This document shows positions 24,926-39,829 of a stretch of DNA of 64,000 nucleotides, piece after piece. The stretch is taken from assembly GCF_009914755.1 (NCBI RefSeq), contig NC_060939.1; one strand, 5' to 3'. Position 1 is the stretch's first letter. Each line of letters starts with the position of its first letter. Source of the stretch: the human T2T-CHM13v2.0 reference genome, Homo sapiens. The notes under the pieces were generated by a model. That model was not told where the DNA came from, ran no database searches, and saw nothing but the letters and a program-made list of their open reading frames with translations. Both the position numbers and the translations under genes were made by a program.

Positions 24926-27565
24926 GACTTTTTAAATGCAAATAAAAATACATCATTTGTTCCATTTCTTTAACAGACAGCATTTTTTTTAAGTATATCA
25001 TCACTCTATTCATCAGACATGGCACCTTTATTAGCACTAAAATCTGCTAAGTATTTGGGTCACTCTGTGGACTGCACTTTGCTCTGTTTATTCACAAATA
25101 TGTACTATATTGTTTTTATTAAATATTATATTTCTTTTAATATTATACAGCTAACTTCCCTTTGTTGTTCCCCTTGACCTTGTGTTCTGGAGTTTCACTT
25201 TGTGATAAGATTCCATGCTAATTTTCCCTGATTGATTTTACTTCCAAAATCTGAGAAATCAGCTCTTTCATCAATTTTGTAAAACTTCAGTAATTTACTT
25301 TGAATATTGCCTCTTCTTCATTCTCTCTTCCTCTTTTCTGTAACTCCTATTATTCATATTTCCTTTCCTTCTTTCTCCATCTCTCTGAATTTCATGTTTG
25401 TAATCTTGTTTATTGGCATTGAATTCTAGGTAATTTCTTCAGTTCTATTTCTCAGTTCACCAATTCTTTCTGAAGCTTTGTTGAATCTGTTTACTGTTTC
25501 CATATAGGTGTTCATTGTAATTATTACCTTTTCATTTCCACAAGTTACTTACGATTTTTAAATTACATGGTTTATTTTAAAATTACCTTGTTTTTAAAAT
25601 CTTGTTTCTTTTAATATGCTTGATTTTCATTTCTGGCATATGAAAATTTCCTTTACTTTTGTGTGCACACCTATATGTTTAATAGGATTTTTGACATATT
25701 TTTATCCAACATTTGTAAGTTTTTAGTAGTTCAAAGTGTTTCAGGATATCTAGTTTTTACACCCATCAGTTTTCTCTTCTAAGAACTCTTAATAGTCACA
25801 TGTGAAGTCTCTTATTTTGTAAGGCTTTATCTTTTCTCTCACTCTCTATTTTTCACCCATGCTTTGAGATCTTCCAGTCCACTCATCAGGGTGAACTGGT
25901 TAAAAAATCATCAGCTAAAAGAGTAGATTATTATCTTTCGTGCTCTATTTGAATCTCAAAAGCTCTTTGTATAAATGAAATTTAAATGTTCCACAATAGC
26001 CTCTACCATAGTTCTACTTCATTGGGTACATAGTTTGATGATTCTCTCATCCTGCTTCTGGCTAGTAGGCCCCTTTAGATGAGTTGCTATTTTTCACTAT
26101 CCACAGAGTCAAGGTCAAATCTCATGGCTGTGAATTTTAAATGATGAGATCCCCACAGGTGGTGTCAGGCAAAGCACCCTCTAAACTTACTGACTTGTAG
26201 TATAAAACTTAGCAAGCTGTAAGTCCTGCACCATGAGCCCCTGAAGCCAGCATCGTAGCACTCCAATCTTCCTACACACCGACCCACAAAAGTTTAAGGA
26301 CAAGAAGATTTATCCCACCATTTCAGATACTTCTTGGCTTTTTGTGGACTGAAATAGGTCAATTAAAGTTTGTTTTAAAGTTTTAAACTTTAAGTGACTG
26401 TCCGTTTCTCCTGTAATTTCTATTTTATGAATGTTTCTATTTTATCATTATGAAGAATTCTTCTTTATCTAACGGTTATTGCTTTTTGGCTTGTATTCTA
26501 ATTTGTCCAATATTAAGATCATGATTCCTACTTTTTGCTTTCTTTGTACTTACATAATAAATCTTTACTCATCCTTTTACTTTCAACCTTTCAAAACCAC
26601 TTTGGTTTTTTTGTATGTTTCTTGCATATAGAACTGGGTTTTATTACTGTGATCAATTGTGATATTTTTCTTAACAGGTGATTTATAAAAGCTTCTACAT
26701 TTATTTTTTATGACAGCATGACTGGTCTTAAGATATGTCATATTTTATGTTACGCTTACTGATCTTTACAGATTTTTTAAGGTTCCATTACATATATTGT
26801 TCTTAGTTTTATCCATACAGATCTTTAATATTTTGGAAGCTCTATAATTTTATAGAACTGCTTATCTTTTTAACTATGAAAGAATAAGTAATCTTCCATC
26901 GGCTTAAAAAGGGTATTTCCTTACTATGAGAAATGTAAATGTCAGCATATTTACTCTTAATTTTTTCCTTTCATCTACATCATCAAATTTTAGTCAACAG
27001 GCCTACATTTGTAATATTTCATCTTTCCGCTTACATGGAAATTCTGACTCTTTGCACTTGCTCTACTTTCCTTCTTTTCTCAATCCTCTCCCAATTCATT
27101 ACAGTTGAGTCATTTCTACATTATTAGCATATATAAAAAGTAAATTCTGGTCTGTCACAGTAATATGAACGTGTATTTTATTCTTCGTCTTATGGTTAAA
27201 TTTATTCAGTGCTCACCAGCTGTCCTTAGCAATAGTTTCTCCAGTCATTCGTAGTTGGTTGGACTTCATCCCCAGCAATTTCCTCAAGATTTAGTCACAG
27301 AAATAATTTGCTGTATGGCTAAAAAATATTTGATGGCATTTTTTTTTACTTAAAGGATAGTTTGGCTCCCACTTTCTTCATTTAAGTATCTGATGATTGT
27401 GGTAGTTTTTTGTACTGAAGGTTATTTTAGAGTCTAAAGCCAGACTCATTTTTCTCCTTATTTTGTGCACTGTTATACAAAGTATTCTTATATTTAAGTC
27501 CAGTAATACACCTTGATGCTAGCCACTCTAGGTCAATTTTCCCTAGCACACAATATGTCCTCTAA

Positions 27566-27978
<413 letters not shown>

Positions 27979-28225
27979 GATTTATGCCATTATTGTAATT
28001 TGTTTTTCTCTCATGTCACTCATTTTCCTTCTAATCCTAAACTCACATTTTCACCTATTCATATGATTTGCTTTTTTCAGTTTTATCTTCTGTGTATTTC
28101 ACTATGATACTAGCCAGGGTTTTGCCTTTGAGCAATCTCCAATTTTATTTTTTTGTGTATAGTTCTTTTCCTCCAATACTTGTCCAATGTTTTATTAGCT
28201 CATAATTAAATACTTCCATGCTATC

Positions 28226-28590
28226 TGTTTTAGTCTGTTCTCACGCTGGTATGAAGAAATACCCAAGATTGGCTAATTTATAAAGGAAAGAGGTTTAATT
28301 GACTCACAGTCCTGCATTGCTGGGGAGGCCTCAGGAAACTTACAATCATGGTGGAAGGCAAGGAGAAGCAGCCACCTTCTTCACAGGGTGGCAAGACGGA
28401 ATAAGGGAAAGGAGGGGAAATGCCAAATGCTTATAAAACCATCAGATCTCATGCGACTCACTGTTACAAGAACAGCAGAAAAGAAACTGCCCCCATGATC
28501 CAATTATGTTCCCCTGGTCCCTCCCTTCACACGTGGGGATTACAATTCAAGATGAGATTTTAGGTGGGGGAACACAACCAAACCATCTCA
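28226..28590 (-). mobile_element. THE1 (THE1C/D-like) MaLR solo LTR
   Basis: GAGGTTTAATTGACTCACAG...GGGGAGGCCTCAGGAAACTTACAATCATGG...ATTCAAGATGAGATTT...CCAAACCATCTCA; 5-bp TSD CTATC/CTATG. Confidence 0.9.
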
Positions 28591-28611
28591 CTATGTTAAC
28601 ATTTCTAACAA

Positions 28612-28715
28612 CTTTTTTTTTTCAGATGGGGGTGTTGCTACATTGTCCAGGCTGGATTCAAACTCCTGGGCTCAAGCAACCTTCCTGCATAAGCCTCCTG
28701 AGTAGTAGGATTACT
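28612..28715 (-). mobile_element. FLAM/Alu monomer fragment
   Basis: T-run, then CCAGGCTGGATTCAAACTCCTGGGCTCAAGCAA...GCCTCCTGAGTAG. Confidence 0.75.
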
Positions 28716-29182
28716 TCTCCAAATTATGTTTAGTGGTTCTTTCTCAGAAGCTACTTATTTATTTTTAACTTATGACAGTAAATTTCTAAATCAAAATGCT
28801 ATATATTCCATAGCAATATTTTTATGCTAAGTGCTATTCATGTACTGGTTACCTTAACTTTTTTTTTCCGTGTTTTTTATCTGATACATGCACTGATGAT
28901 GTGCCAATTCTTTGATACAGTCTAATCTGCCTGGCCCATCAGTCTACAGGATGCTTCCATGCATATGTGTAAAAGGGACAAGGGTAACCTTTTTGCTTTC
29001 ATAATCCAAAAACTTTCTCTTTCTCTATAGCCACAGAGATAGACTGCTTGCCACAAATACAGCTCATCTGTGTAATTCTTTGTGATATCTTCTCCTTTTC
29101 TGAAACCAATCTGATTCAAAAAAACTCTGCTATCAGGCATGATATATGTGTATCTATTATTTCAAAGAAATGATCTATTTTT

Positions 29183-30029
29183 TTATTTATTATTATACTT
29201 TAAGTTTTAGGGTACATGTGCACAATGTGCAAGTTAGTTACATATGTATACATGTGCCATGCTGGTGCGCTGCCCCCACTAACTCGTCATCTAGCATTAG
29301 GTATATCTCCCAATGCTATCCCTCCCCCCTACCCCCACCCCACAACAGTCCCCAGAGTGTGATGTTCCCCTTCCTGTGTCCATGTGTTCTCATTGTTCAA
29401 TTCCCACCTATGAGTGAGAATATGCGGTGTTTGGTTTTTTGTCCTTGCGATAGTTTACTGAGAATGATGATTTCCAATTTCATCCATGTCCCTACAAAGG
29501 ATATGAACTCATCATTTTTTATGGCTGCATAGTATTCCATGGTGTATATGTGCCGCATTTTCTTAATCCAGTCTATCATTGTTGGACATTTGGGTTGGTT
29601 CCAAGTCTTTGCTATTGTGAATAGTGCTGCAATAAACATGTGTGCATGTGTCTTTATAGCAGCATGATTTATAGTCCTTTGGGTATATACCCAGTAATGG
29701 GATGGCTGGGTCAAATGGTATTTCTAGTTCTAGATCCCTGAGGAATCGCCACACTGACTTCCACAATGGTTGAACTAGTTTACAGTCCCACCAACTGTGT
29801 AAAAGTGTTCCTATTTCTCCACATCCTCTCCAGCACCTGTTGTTTCCTGACTTTTTAATGATCGCCATTCTAACTGGTGTGAGATGGTATCTCATTGTGG
29901 TTTTGATTTGCATTTCTCTGATGGCCAGTGATGGTGAGCATTTTTTCATGTGTTTTTTGGCTGCATAAATGTCTTCTTTTGAGAAGTGTCTGTTCATGTC
30001 CTTCGCCCACTTTTTGATGGGGTTGTTTT
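29183..30029 (-). mobile_element. 5'-truncated young L1 (L1PA2/L1PA3-like)
   Basis: ORF2 C-terminus (ORFs 29563..29997, 29397..29714) plus 3'UTR and poly(A); perfect 17-bp TSD AGAAATGATCTATTTTT at 29166-29182 and 30030-30046. Confidence 0.95.
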
Positions 30030-30564
30030 AGAAATGATCTATTTTTGAAATTTAAGGTGGGCCTCTCATCTTCAGAAACTGTACTTTCACTGACAGTTCC
30101 TATTTGCTATAATTGAACTCTCTCACCATGCTCTTTGTATTTTCTCTTCTCTTTAGCCTTAACAGCTTTTACCCAACCTTAGCAACTTTAAGCAGCTGAT
30201 ACCCATATTCTGGAGTTCATACATTTGCATCTATCTTGATAAGAGAGTACAGTTTTTTACTTCTTGTTGTATCATTTATACATTCTACAGGAAAAGGGGA
30301 AAATAGGACATCTTAAACACCATGTTTACACAGGAAATTGCCTGCATGTATTTTTAATTTTGTATTAACTGAGTTTTCGTTTTTTTTGTACATTTTTTAA
30401 TGTGCTTTCTTGATATTTGAGGAGGTTGCATCTTGGGCTACAATCCTTTAACTTTCTCCAATCAATTTATTTTAATTAACTGAAGTTAAGTAAGTGATCT
30501 TTATCTCTTAAAATAAAAAGGGCATATGCTTCTTCACTCCCAGTACTCTATCACCAAGTGAACT

Positions 30565-30573
30565 TATATATAT

Positions 30574-30614
<41 letters not shown>

Positions 30615-30615
30615 A
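30565..30615. repeat. (TA)n microsatellite
   Basis: Direct TA run. Confidence 0.9.
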
Positions 30616-31501
30616 ATGTATCCTTCTCTACAATCCTGGCTTTGTTTGAACTATTCCTTATATCCATAGTATATCTAGTCTCCCTTAATCATTGTTTGGT
30701 ACCAAAATTTTAAAAATATTTAAACTTCTAGGCTATACAGCTTGTTAGACATGTCTTGTCTGAATTTTGTGCAGTTTTCATGATTATTACAAATAAGCGC
30801 GTTGCAAATTTAAGCAAGCACCAAAAAAAAGGGCAACACTGAGGTTTTCAAAGGAACCCCATCTAGTAACATTTAAATTACAGTTGCACTACTTCCTTGG
30901 CTTCATTTGTAAGGAAATCTACTCTTAAAACTATATTCATACACTGGATAGTGTAGTACGAACTGCAATCACTAAGCCAGCAGTAGTTTCTTACACAAAA
31001 ACTGTTCTTAGAAAGTATTCAGATTCTGTATTTTGGGAAAGAAATGAAGTATTCTAGCATCTTGAAGTCACAAAATTAATTAATAAGCCCTACTGTTAGA
31101 AACTAATAACAAAATACTGACTCAGCATGTAAGCATAAGATCAACTCTCAGAAAGACCTCAACATATACATGATATTTCCTTGTCAAGGAAGCTTTCCTT
31201 GAAATCATAGTCATATGTGCATCATTATATCTTGACAAAATATTTTATTACATCTATAGATAATGCTTTCTTTTCAGGAAGCATATAGAAATAAAACCTT
31301 GTTACTTAAATTGTAATCTTGTTCCATAATCTACTATTAATAAATTTTATAAAACACTCTTACTACTTCTACCACATAAAGCTATTATTTTCCAGTGTTA
31401 GATTATTCAAGTCAAATTTCATGTTACATTACATATAAAACTCATAAAAACATAATCTCAATAGTTATTTCTAGAATGCATTACAACAAATATCAATTTA
31501 C

Positions 31502-31594
31502 TTCTGACCTAAATGCTTCAGAAAGTATCCCAGAACCTTCAAAGCTTGAACCCAAATACTTTCACTTTTAGAAGCCAATAAATTGTAGATCACC
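31502..31594 (-). pseudogene. NBEA-like exon (93 nt), last NBEA exon found
   Basis: AG|G VIYNLLASKSESIWVQALKVLGYFLKHLGQ AA|GTAAAT. Confidence 0.92.
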
Positions 31595-31934
31595 CTAAAA
31601 AATATATAAATAATGTTTAAAAACTTACTAATATTAAAAACAAAAATACACTACATACTTTACAAATAAATTATACATATGTGAAATATAAAACTTCTCT
31701 GAAGATTTTATTCTCAGGATTATAATTCCTTGGAAAAATTAAAAACTGGCATGCTTTAATAATTTTTCTTTAAACATGTCCTTCAACCATATACTCAAAA
31801 GGGCAATGTGACTGGTATTCATAAGTACTGCCTCCCAACATACTAAACACGATTTTCAGTTTTAAGACACATGCTTGTTTAGGCCACATCTCTTCTAAGA
31901 ATTGGCCCCAACATTTAAACTTGATAACCCTATT

Positions 31935-32088
31935 TTCTTTCTTTTTTTTAAATTTTTTGTTCTTAATTTTAATATAGAGGTGAGGTTTTGCCATATTGCC
32001 CAGGCTAGTCTGGAATTCCTGAGTTCAAACAATCCAACCACCTCGGACTCCCAAAGTGCTGGAATTACAGGCGTGCGCCACTGCACCC
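31935..32088 (-). mobile_element. FLAM_C/AluJ left monomer
   Basis: TTGCCCAGGCTAGTCTGGAATTCCTGAGTTCAA...CCCAAAGTGCTGGAATTACAGGCGTGCGCCAC. Confidence 0.8.
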
Positions 32089-33187
32089 TAACCCTCTTGT
32101 CTTGGTATGACTGATTAGATAATAGGTAGGCACCTGCCTAGTTAGTGCTTTTTGAGAATTTGGAATGAGGTCTAAGAAACAATATCTCCTCTTTGCTGGG
32201 CTCTTGGATTCGAAAATTGTTTAAAACAGAAACTAGAACAGCAACGTTTTGTTTCTGCTCAGAAAGGCTAGTCAACATACAGAAGGAAGGATTAAACAGC
32301 TTACAGAAAGCAGCAGAGAAAGCAAACTTGTTTCCTAATAGCCCTACAATTCCTGGTTCCTACTCTAAGATTTTTTAAACAAACATATTATTCAGTTTTT
32401 ACTTTAAAAGCTTGAGAAGTTTTCTGTTACTTGGAGCAAAATAGCCTCCACTAATATACAACCTAACCTATACAATCACTTCAAGTACTACATAAAAGTA
32501 GGGCGATATTCATTATAATATTCGTAAGTGTTTAGAAATTTTATTCCATATTTTTTCTATTTAAAAAAATTATTTGTTTCCATAAAGTAGAAGGGACAAT
32601 GACAACTATATACACTGGCAACTAATTCTAGAATATAAGGTTCTTTAGGGGCTATAAAATTATAGTTTGCTTTATTTTATTAAATATTGTTTCTTAAAAA
32701 ATAAAATGCCATGGTATATTTTGAGGTAAAGTACTCAGCTGAAGAAGAGAATCTAGTAAAAGATGCAATATAATTTTCATAATTTCAGTGATACTTACAA
32801 GGGGGCACAAATAGCTTAAACATAATGTCATTATTTTTAGTTTTACCAACAGCTTATACTATTAAAAAAGAAAAGATGTTATTGGTACTGTTTCTTTTTC
32901 TCTTTTTTTCTTTTATGCTTTGCATTTCATCTATTAAAGAATAAACTACAAGAAAAGTGATTATTTCCTTTGGAAGATTTTTTTTTCAAATCCCACATTC
33001 ATAAATATGTATAGGTTTACACTGAAATCCATTTTCAAAACTTTTAGGAACCAAGATCAGTAATGAAAAAAGACAAGTTTGAGAATAGCAAAGTCAGACA
33101 TGTCAAAAAAATACATTCAAGAAATCATAAGAAGCAACATTAAACAGCAAAAATAGTCTTGAGAACCAAAGTAAAACTCACAGTCTG

Positions 33188-33510
<323 letters not shown>

Positions 33511-35807
33511 TCACAGCCTAAAAATGTGGTTACACTCAAATATAGAATTGGAAGTTCTCACAGAGTTTCTACTGCCTAGGAATAACTTTGAGTAGGAGGA
33601 AAAAAGTTATTAGACTCCACCCTGGGTCAAGAGAAATTACGACTAATGTTGAAACATGAAAATGTCTAAGGCCATCATACATGTATATATGTAAAGATGT
33701 GATACAGTATGAATAAGAAATTTGTTAATGAATGTTTACTTGTAATATACATTGTTACTAATTAATAATAATCCTAATTCATCTGCTTAAGCTCACTATA
33801 TTCAGCCAGCAAATGATCTAAGCTATATAAGACAGGTAGTTGTCTATTCTTTTCTTTAAACATTTCAAGATATAAAAATATCACATTTTTAGCTGCTTAG
33901 TTCAGTGTTATCACAAGGGCTTCCTTAAGCTGAATTAGCATACCATCAGAACTAAACTCAGTTCATTCTTTTTGTTCAGATGTTATACTGAATTCCATTG
34001 TATGAATTAGAACAGACCAGAATTTTCCTCCCAAAATACTTCATATACAACTGTTAGCCTTTAATGGCTATTTTCTAGAATAAAGACATATAAATGCTTT
34101 AGACACTTTCAATATTTTCTATCTAATAAGCCTTTTTTTTCACCTTTTATACTATTCTGAACCAGCTTTCTCCCCATTTTTGAAGTAGAAAAGCTGAAGT
34201 GTCAAGGAAAGGCCGTTTTTTAATCTTTGTGATTGTTTTTAACATAGTGGCAACAATCTGAAATGTTCTGCTCATGGTCAGCCATGAGCACAAAGCCTTT
34301 TAATCTGTTGTGCTTAATCAATTCTTTCATACCATACATTTAAAACACTATGTCAATCCTAAAGATCTTACCAAATAGCACTCTCATATGTAGGATCGTA
34401 TTTCCAATGTGTCAAAACAATAGAATTATATTTCTGCATTTCATCATATTAGACAATCTAAGTTTAGTATCTTCCACAAGGGTAACGGGGATATCTTCAA
34501 CTGGTTCACTAAATTTATCAGATAATATAATAAACAAAGCAAAATCTCAGGACAAGGACACTAATTATTGAATCTAAATATAAGTTCAGAAGAGTGAGTG
34601 TAATTGTACTACCTTATTAGATCAAACCATATGAAATTGCCATTATTTGGTAAAATCAGTTAAGTATCAACAGTTTCATATAGTTCAAACTCAAGAGTAA
34701 AAAATTATAACAGTTTTTAATCACTAAATGTATAATCTTTTTCAAATAGATTGGCAGGCCTTTGAATTATAAACTCAAAGGTAATAGTGATGTCACAAGG
34801 GAGATATGCATACAGAGATAGTGATCGCTTCTCTAATTTGAAAAGGAGTTCTTCAAGTCTAGAAAGTTGTTATCCATTGATATAAATGGCCAAGTAAAAA
34901 AAGCACTTAAAAAAGCCCTTGACAGTCACTGATATATTCTTTCCAAACTCTTTTTCACAATAAATCTGTAGAAATTCACTGAGTTATACATGGCATAACC
35001 TTGATATCCTGCTCATCCCACTAATTAAAACTCCAGAAAAATAAAAAGGAAGAATTCCTTAAGAAGCTAAATTATAGGGTTAAGTTCATAAAAATACTAA
35101 CTAAGAAATTATATTTCACCTGTCTACCAAGTTACTTTTCAATTGCCACAACAAAAGTTGGTTTTGAATTTCTTTAGGCTTTGGCCTCTTAACTCCAGAA
35201 CATCTTTCATCTCTATTATTTCCATTGCACTGCTACTGTCTCAGGTCATCATTTTTAATACTGATGAATAAAATAATCTACCTACGGATATTGCTACATC
35301 AGTTTGTCCTTCAACTCATGTTTCACACTGGTGATTGTAAATCTAACAAAATAGCAATCTGAGCACATTTCCCCTATTTAAAATTCTTTAATTTTCATCA
35401 CCAACTGAAAAAAAACGAAACACTAAAGTTACTACCATCCTATGAACCTTCCAAAACTGGCTGTAATCTCTGTCTCAGGCCTAATATCATAAAATTTCAT
35501 TGTATCCTCTTTTGGTAAAACATACCTTGCTTTTTCGTGTCTTCTTGAAAAAAAAATTGCTCTATTCACAATTTGTAATGTCCTTACTATAGCAAAAACA
35601 ATTTACTCTTCTTGATTCCTGAGACTACTGTTTATACACTTCATCAGTTTCCTGAGTATTGGAGGATCAACAGCAGCATTCTCCATTTATACTCTCTTAT
35701 GTGTAAGATGCTATATTTATTCAAATATTCATAGAATAGGAATTATTCTAGGAGGAACAACTGTGCTCCATTGACGTCTAATAGTAATACTAATATTATA
35801 ATCATAC

Positions 35808-35905
35808 CTTATTCCATTTCTTTGATTAAATACTGGTATCATTGAGGCTGGGTGTTCTGACATTAAAGCCACCAGTAACTGTAGCACATCATGAATATTT
35901 TCATC
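35808..35905 (-). pseudogene. NBEA-like exon (98 nt)
   Basis: CAG|[34 protein letters not shown]|GTATGA. Confidence 0.93.
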
Positions 35906-35990
35906 CTGCATAAATCACCAATATTGATTTAAATTTTACTCTAAAGATTGGCTTAAATAATTAAAATAAAAGGTCCATAACATGTCCTAC

Positions 35991-36053
35991 CTCATGTATT
36001 GTAAGAAGGTAATTTAATATACTCTGAAGTTCATCTTCTTTGACCCTTTGATC
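35991..36053 (-). pseudogene. NBEA-like exon (63 nt), acceptor lost
   Basis: DQRVKEDELQSILNYLLTIHE|GTAGGA; preceded by AA instead of AG at 36054-36055. Confidence 0.9.
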
Positions 36054-36782
36054 TTAATTTTTAAAAAATATTTTATTATTTTACATCTAAAATTAAAATT
36101 TTAATTTAAAAGACATCAAAATAATCATTTTAAAAGAAAATAAGAGTAAGTTTAATGTAGTGATATTTGAATTAAAATCCCCACACATTTCACAATTTAT
36201 AGACTATATTATTTCAAGTTAATTAAGTAAATATTTAGAAAATCTTATCAATTTTTAAGTCATTAATATTTGATTGACATTCACTATAAAAAGTTAGCCT
36301 ATTTTGACCATCGAAGTATTCTTATGACTATTTTCTAATCATTCTTTCTTGAATACAAGTGCAAGACTATACAGTATCAATTTTTGTGTATTACCTCAAA
36401 ATTTATATTTATTTTCACTTTGTTTTCATCTTAACATTTAAAAAATCCTACTACAATAAAATACATTATGTAAGCCTTCTTAAACTGGCACACAGACCAT
36501 TTTCTAGAATAATGGTCAATTACTATAAGAATAAGGGCTCAATTCTTATTCATATGTTCCTTGTCCATTTCTGTCACATCCCTTAATAGGGAAGATTTCA
36601 GAGAGCATTTAACCAGAAGTTAGTTAAGTTCAATAAAGTTAATATTAAGATGTGCAGAATTTTGGAAGCAATTCATTAATTAAAGGTAGCTATTACTAAT
36701 TTAACAATAATAATTTTAAAACATGCCAGAAATTCCTTTCTACCTATATACTGTAATTCTAAATTATATAAAATTATTTTAC

Positions 36783-36862
36783 TTTTAGTATGAGCTGTTT
36801 CAGAAAAAGTAGCATAAATGCCCTCAGTGATATAATTTCTTTTTGTGATGGCTGGGGACCAT
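36783..36862 (-). pseudogene. NBEA-like exon (80 nt), acceptor lost
   Basis: AT GPQPSQKEIISLRAFMLLFLKQLILK|GTAAAA; polypyrimidine tract ends in TG instead of AG at 36863-36864. Confidence 0.9.
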
Positions 36863-38019
36863 CAAGAACAAAACAGAAAAAAAAGTAAAAATAAAAAATA
36901 CAAGATATTAAATAAGCTTAATGCAGTTATGTTGGGATACTATGGCATTCTTGAATAATTATATTTATTAAAATTACAATATTTACATTAATGCTATAAA
37001 ATTTTAATAATATATGGGTATCCAAAAATTAACTTTCAAATTTTTGGCAATTTCAAATTATTTACTCAATGTCTGATTTTGTGGAAAAAAGAACTTTTAA
37101 AAAAGTTGTAATATATTAGTATCCATTTATAAATGTATAATCCCCAAGTATTTACATTAATACTTGAATACTTTTTTCTGTTTTTATTACATTAATAGGT
37201 TTCCCAATATGTCTTCCATTCTCAATTAAACTTGTCTTCATTTAAGGACTGTCTCCATTTTCACCCCACACATTATTTAATAAAGCTCAGAAAAAGTGAC
37301 ACTGTTTTATTTTAATTATTTGTTTTGCAGCCTATTTCTTCTATGGCACTTGTATAAAGAAAATACATATTATGGTGGGCATTTAATAAATGCTGTGTCA
37401 ATAAGTGAAAATGAGCATAAAATATTCAAATGTACATATCAGTTCTATCATAATGTACAAATTTTAAAGTAATTTCAAAATATCTAATTACTAATAAAAT
37501 GAAAATATAAAATAATATATAATATGCGTAATATACAATAAAGTATACTTTTAAGAAATGTAGCTAGATTCATAAAAATCCTTTAACATTAAGCCTTTCT
37601 TGTAGCAACCAGTATTTATCTACTGCTTTACAAGTTTTAAAAGCATAATCCCTTCATGTATAATCTATACCATCTGCTTATTCACTTAATATTTACATGA
37701 AGATTATTACATCTGCAAGCAAGTTATTATCCAAAAAATCCATCCTGCCTATTATAATAAAAGAAATATTTTCCCTATTTCCCAGACTGCTCTCCACCTT
37801 TTATTGCCCCACTCCCACTAAGATGCACAGAGTACTCTTCCCCTCCTACTGACACTGGGTATTACTTAAAAAAAACTTTTCATTGTAAAATATTGCCTAT
37901 GTACAGAAAACATACATGATCAACTTAATGAATTATCATAAAATGAACACCTGTATAAACAGTTCTTTGACCAAGAAATTGAACACTGACAGTAGCCTGA
38001 CAGGGAAACCTGTCAACTA

Positions 38020-38190
38020 TTGGTGTGCTGGTAAAGGAATTATCTGCAGAGTGGAGGGATGAGGTCCTGATTTTGAGCATTTACGTATTTCTGATTTCTA
38101 TCATATTAATAATAATCTGATTTCAAGTTCAAGTTACCAATGGTTTAACAACCAGCTCATAAAATTCCTGAATATCTAACAACTGATTGT
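38020..38190. mobile_element. MER63-like hAT DNA transposon fragment
   Basis: GGTGTGCTGGTAAA...TTTAACAACCAGCTCATAAAATTCCTGAA. Confidence 0.5.
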
Positions 38191-38329
38191 GTCCCCATCC
38201 TGCCCTGCATGCCAAAGCCCTCACCATGCTCCAGACCTCAGCTCTGTGCCACATTCCTGTTCCTGATCACATCCCCACTCCATCCAAGAAAAGACAGATT
38301 CTGTCTTAGTAATAATTTCCTTAATCTTA

Positions 38330-38545
38330 CTATTTCTGCCACCACTTAATAAAATTGGACAAGTTTTATAACATCTCTGTACCTAAGATTTGTTTTCTTC
38401 TTTATTGTTAGGGTAAGAATAATAATACTGCTTGTCATAGGATGTCTTGTGAGGATTAAATGGATCAGCGTATGTAAAGAAATTAGACTAGTACCAGGCC
38501 CATTTTAATCATAATCACTCAAATGTTAGCAATAATTACTTTTAT
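38330..38545 (+). mobile_element. MIR SINE
   Basis: CTGCCACCACTT...GTGAGGATTAAATG...CACTCAAATGTTAGC MIR core. Confidence 0.65.
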
Positions 38546-39829
38546 TGTATACTGCACAATACAAACAGCATGTTGCAAAGAAATATATATATTTGTGTGC
38601 TTTGTGTATGATATAAATCCATTTCTGCAAAATAAAATACAAACCGATTTATCTAACAAATATGAAACTCAATGAAAAAACAAATCCCAAAATAATACTA
38701 TTTATGTAAAATATAGAAGCTAAACAATAAATTAATAATACATACATAAATAGCAAAAGAGTAAAGCATAGTAAAAAATAATAAGCACCCAAGTAAAGAA
38801 AAGAAATAACGTAAAATTTGGGATGGAGTGATTTCTATGACGGGGAATAGAAAAGAGATGTGGCCACGCATGAGAATATTCAGGCTCATTGGTAATGTTC
38901 TGTGTCTTAGGCTTACTGATGTTTAAATAGGGTTCATTTTACATTTATATTCATATTTATAACATGTTTATATATTACATTGATATATGTAATTATACCA
39001 CTTTGTGTTCGTGATGTATTCAGAATAAAACTTTGAAACACCTATGTGTATGCATGAGTAAGTTCATGTTTGTATGAGCAGAGAAAAAGCAGCAGAAGGA
39101 TATGCAAGACTGGTAACATTGGCTACCTAGGAGAGTAGTAACTTTTTATTCATAAACCTTTGTATTATTTCACTTGCTACCATGAATATGTATTACCTGT
39201 CCTATAATATTTTTAATATATCTCAATGTTTTTACAGTTAACTATATATAATAATAATTTGAGACAAAAGCGTTAAGTAAAAAAAAAATCCTACTTCTCA
39301 AGGTGAGTGCCTACACATGAACAGTTCTACGAAAACTAGTGTAGTGCACATTATCTTTAGAGTGTCCTTAAAAGAAAGCATTTGTTTAAAATGGTATTGA
39401 AAAATGCTGTCATTTAGAAAATGATACACTTCAAGTCAGAACCTTACATTCTACTATATAACAAAATTAATTTCAAAGTATTAAAATGTTAAAGTAATAA
39501 TTTAAATGATAAAGAAAAATAAGTGCTCATTCCACTTTCCTGTCACTTTCACTTAAAATATATGTACTACTGGTTCTCTTCCTTTCCCTCTCTTTGATGT
39601 AGCTAGAGCCAGTGAGGCCTCAGGGACACGGGTTCTATGGAGGGAGCAGAGGCCCTGGTGATACCCAGGATCTTATAGAGCCAGAGGCAAGTGAGTCTGG
39701 AAGGACTTTCAGGGTGAGGGCCAAGGAGACAGTAGAGGTCAGGAGGATGGCCAGTGCCAAAGAAACAACTGGGGCTGAAGAGACAACAAGGACCATTCAG
39801 AGTCAAATCTGAGGGTATGATTAGAGATG

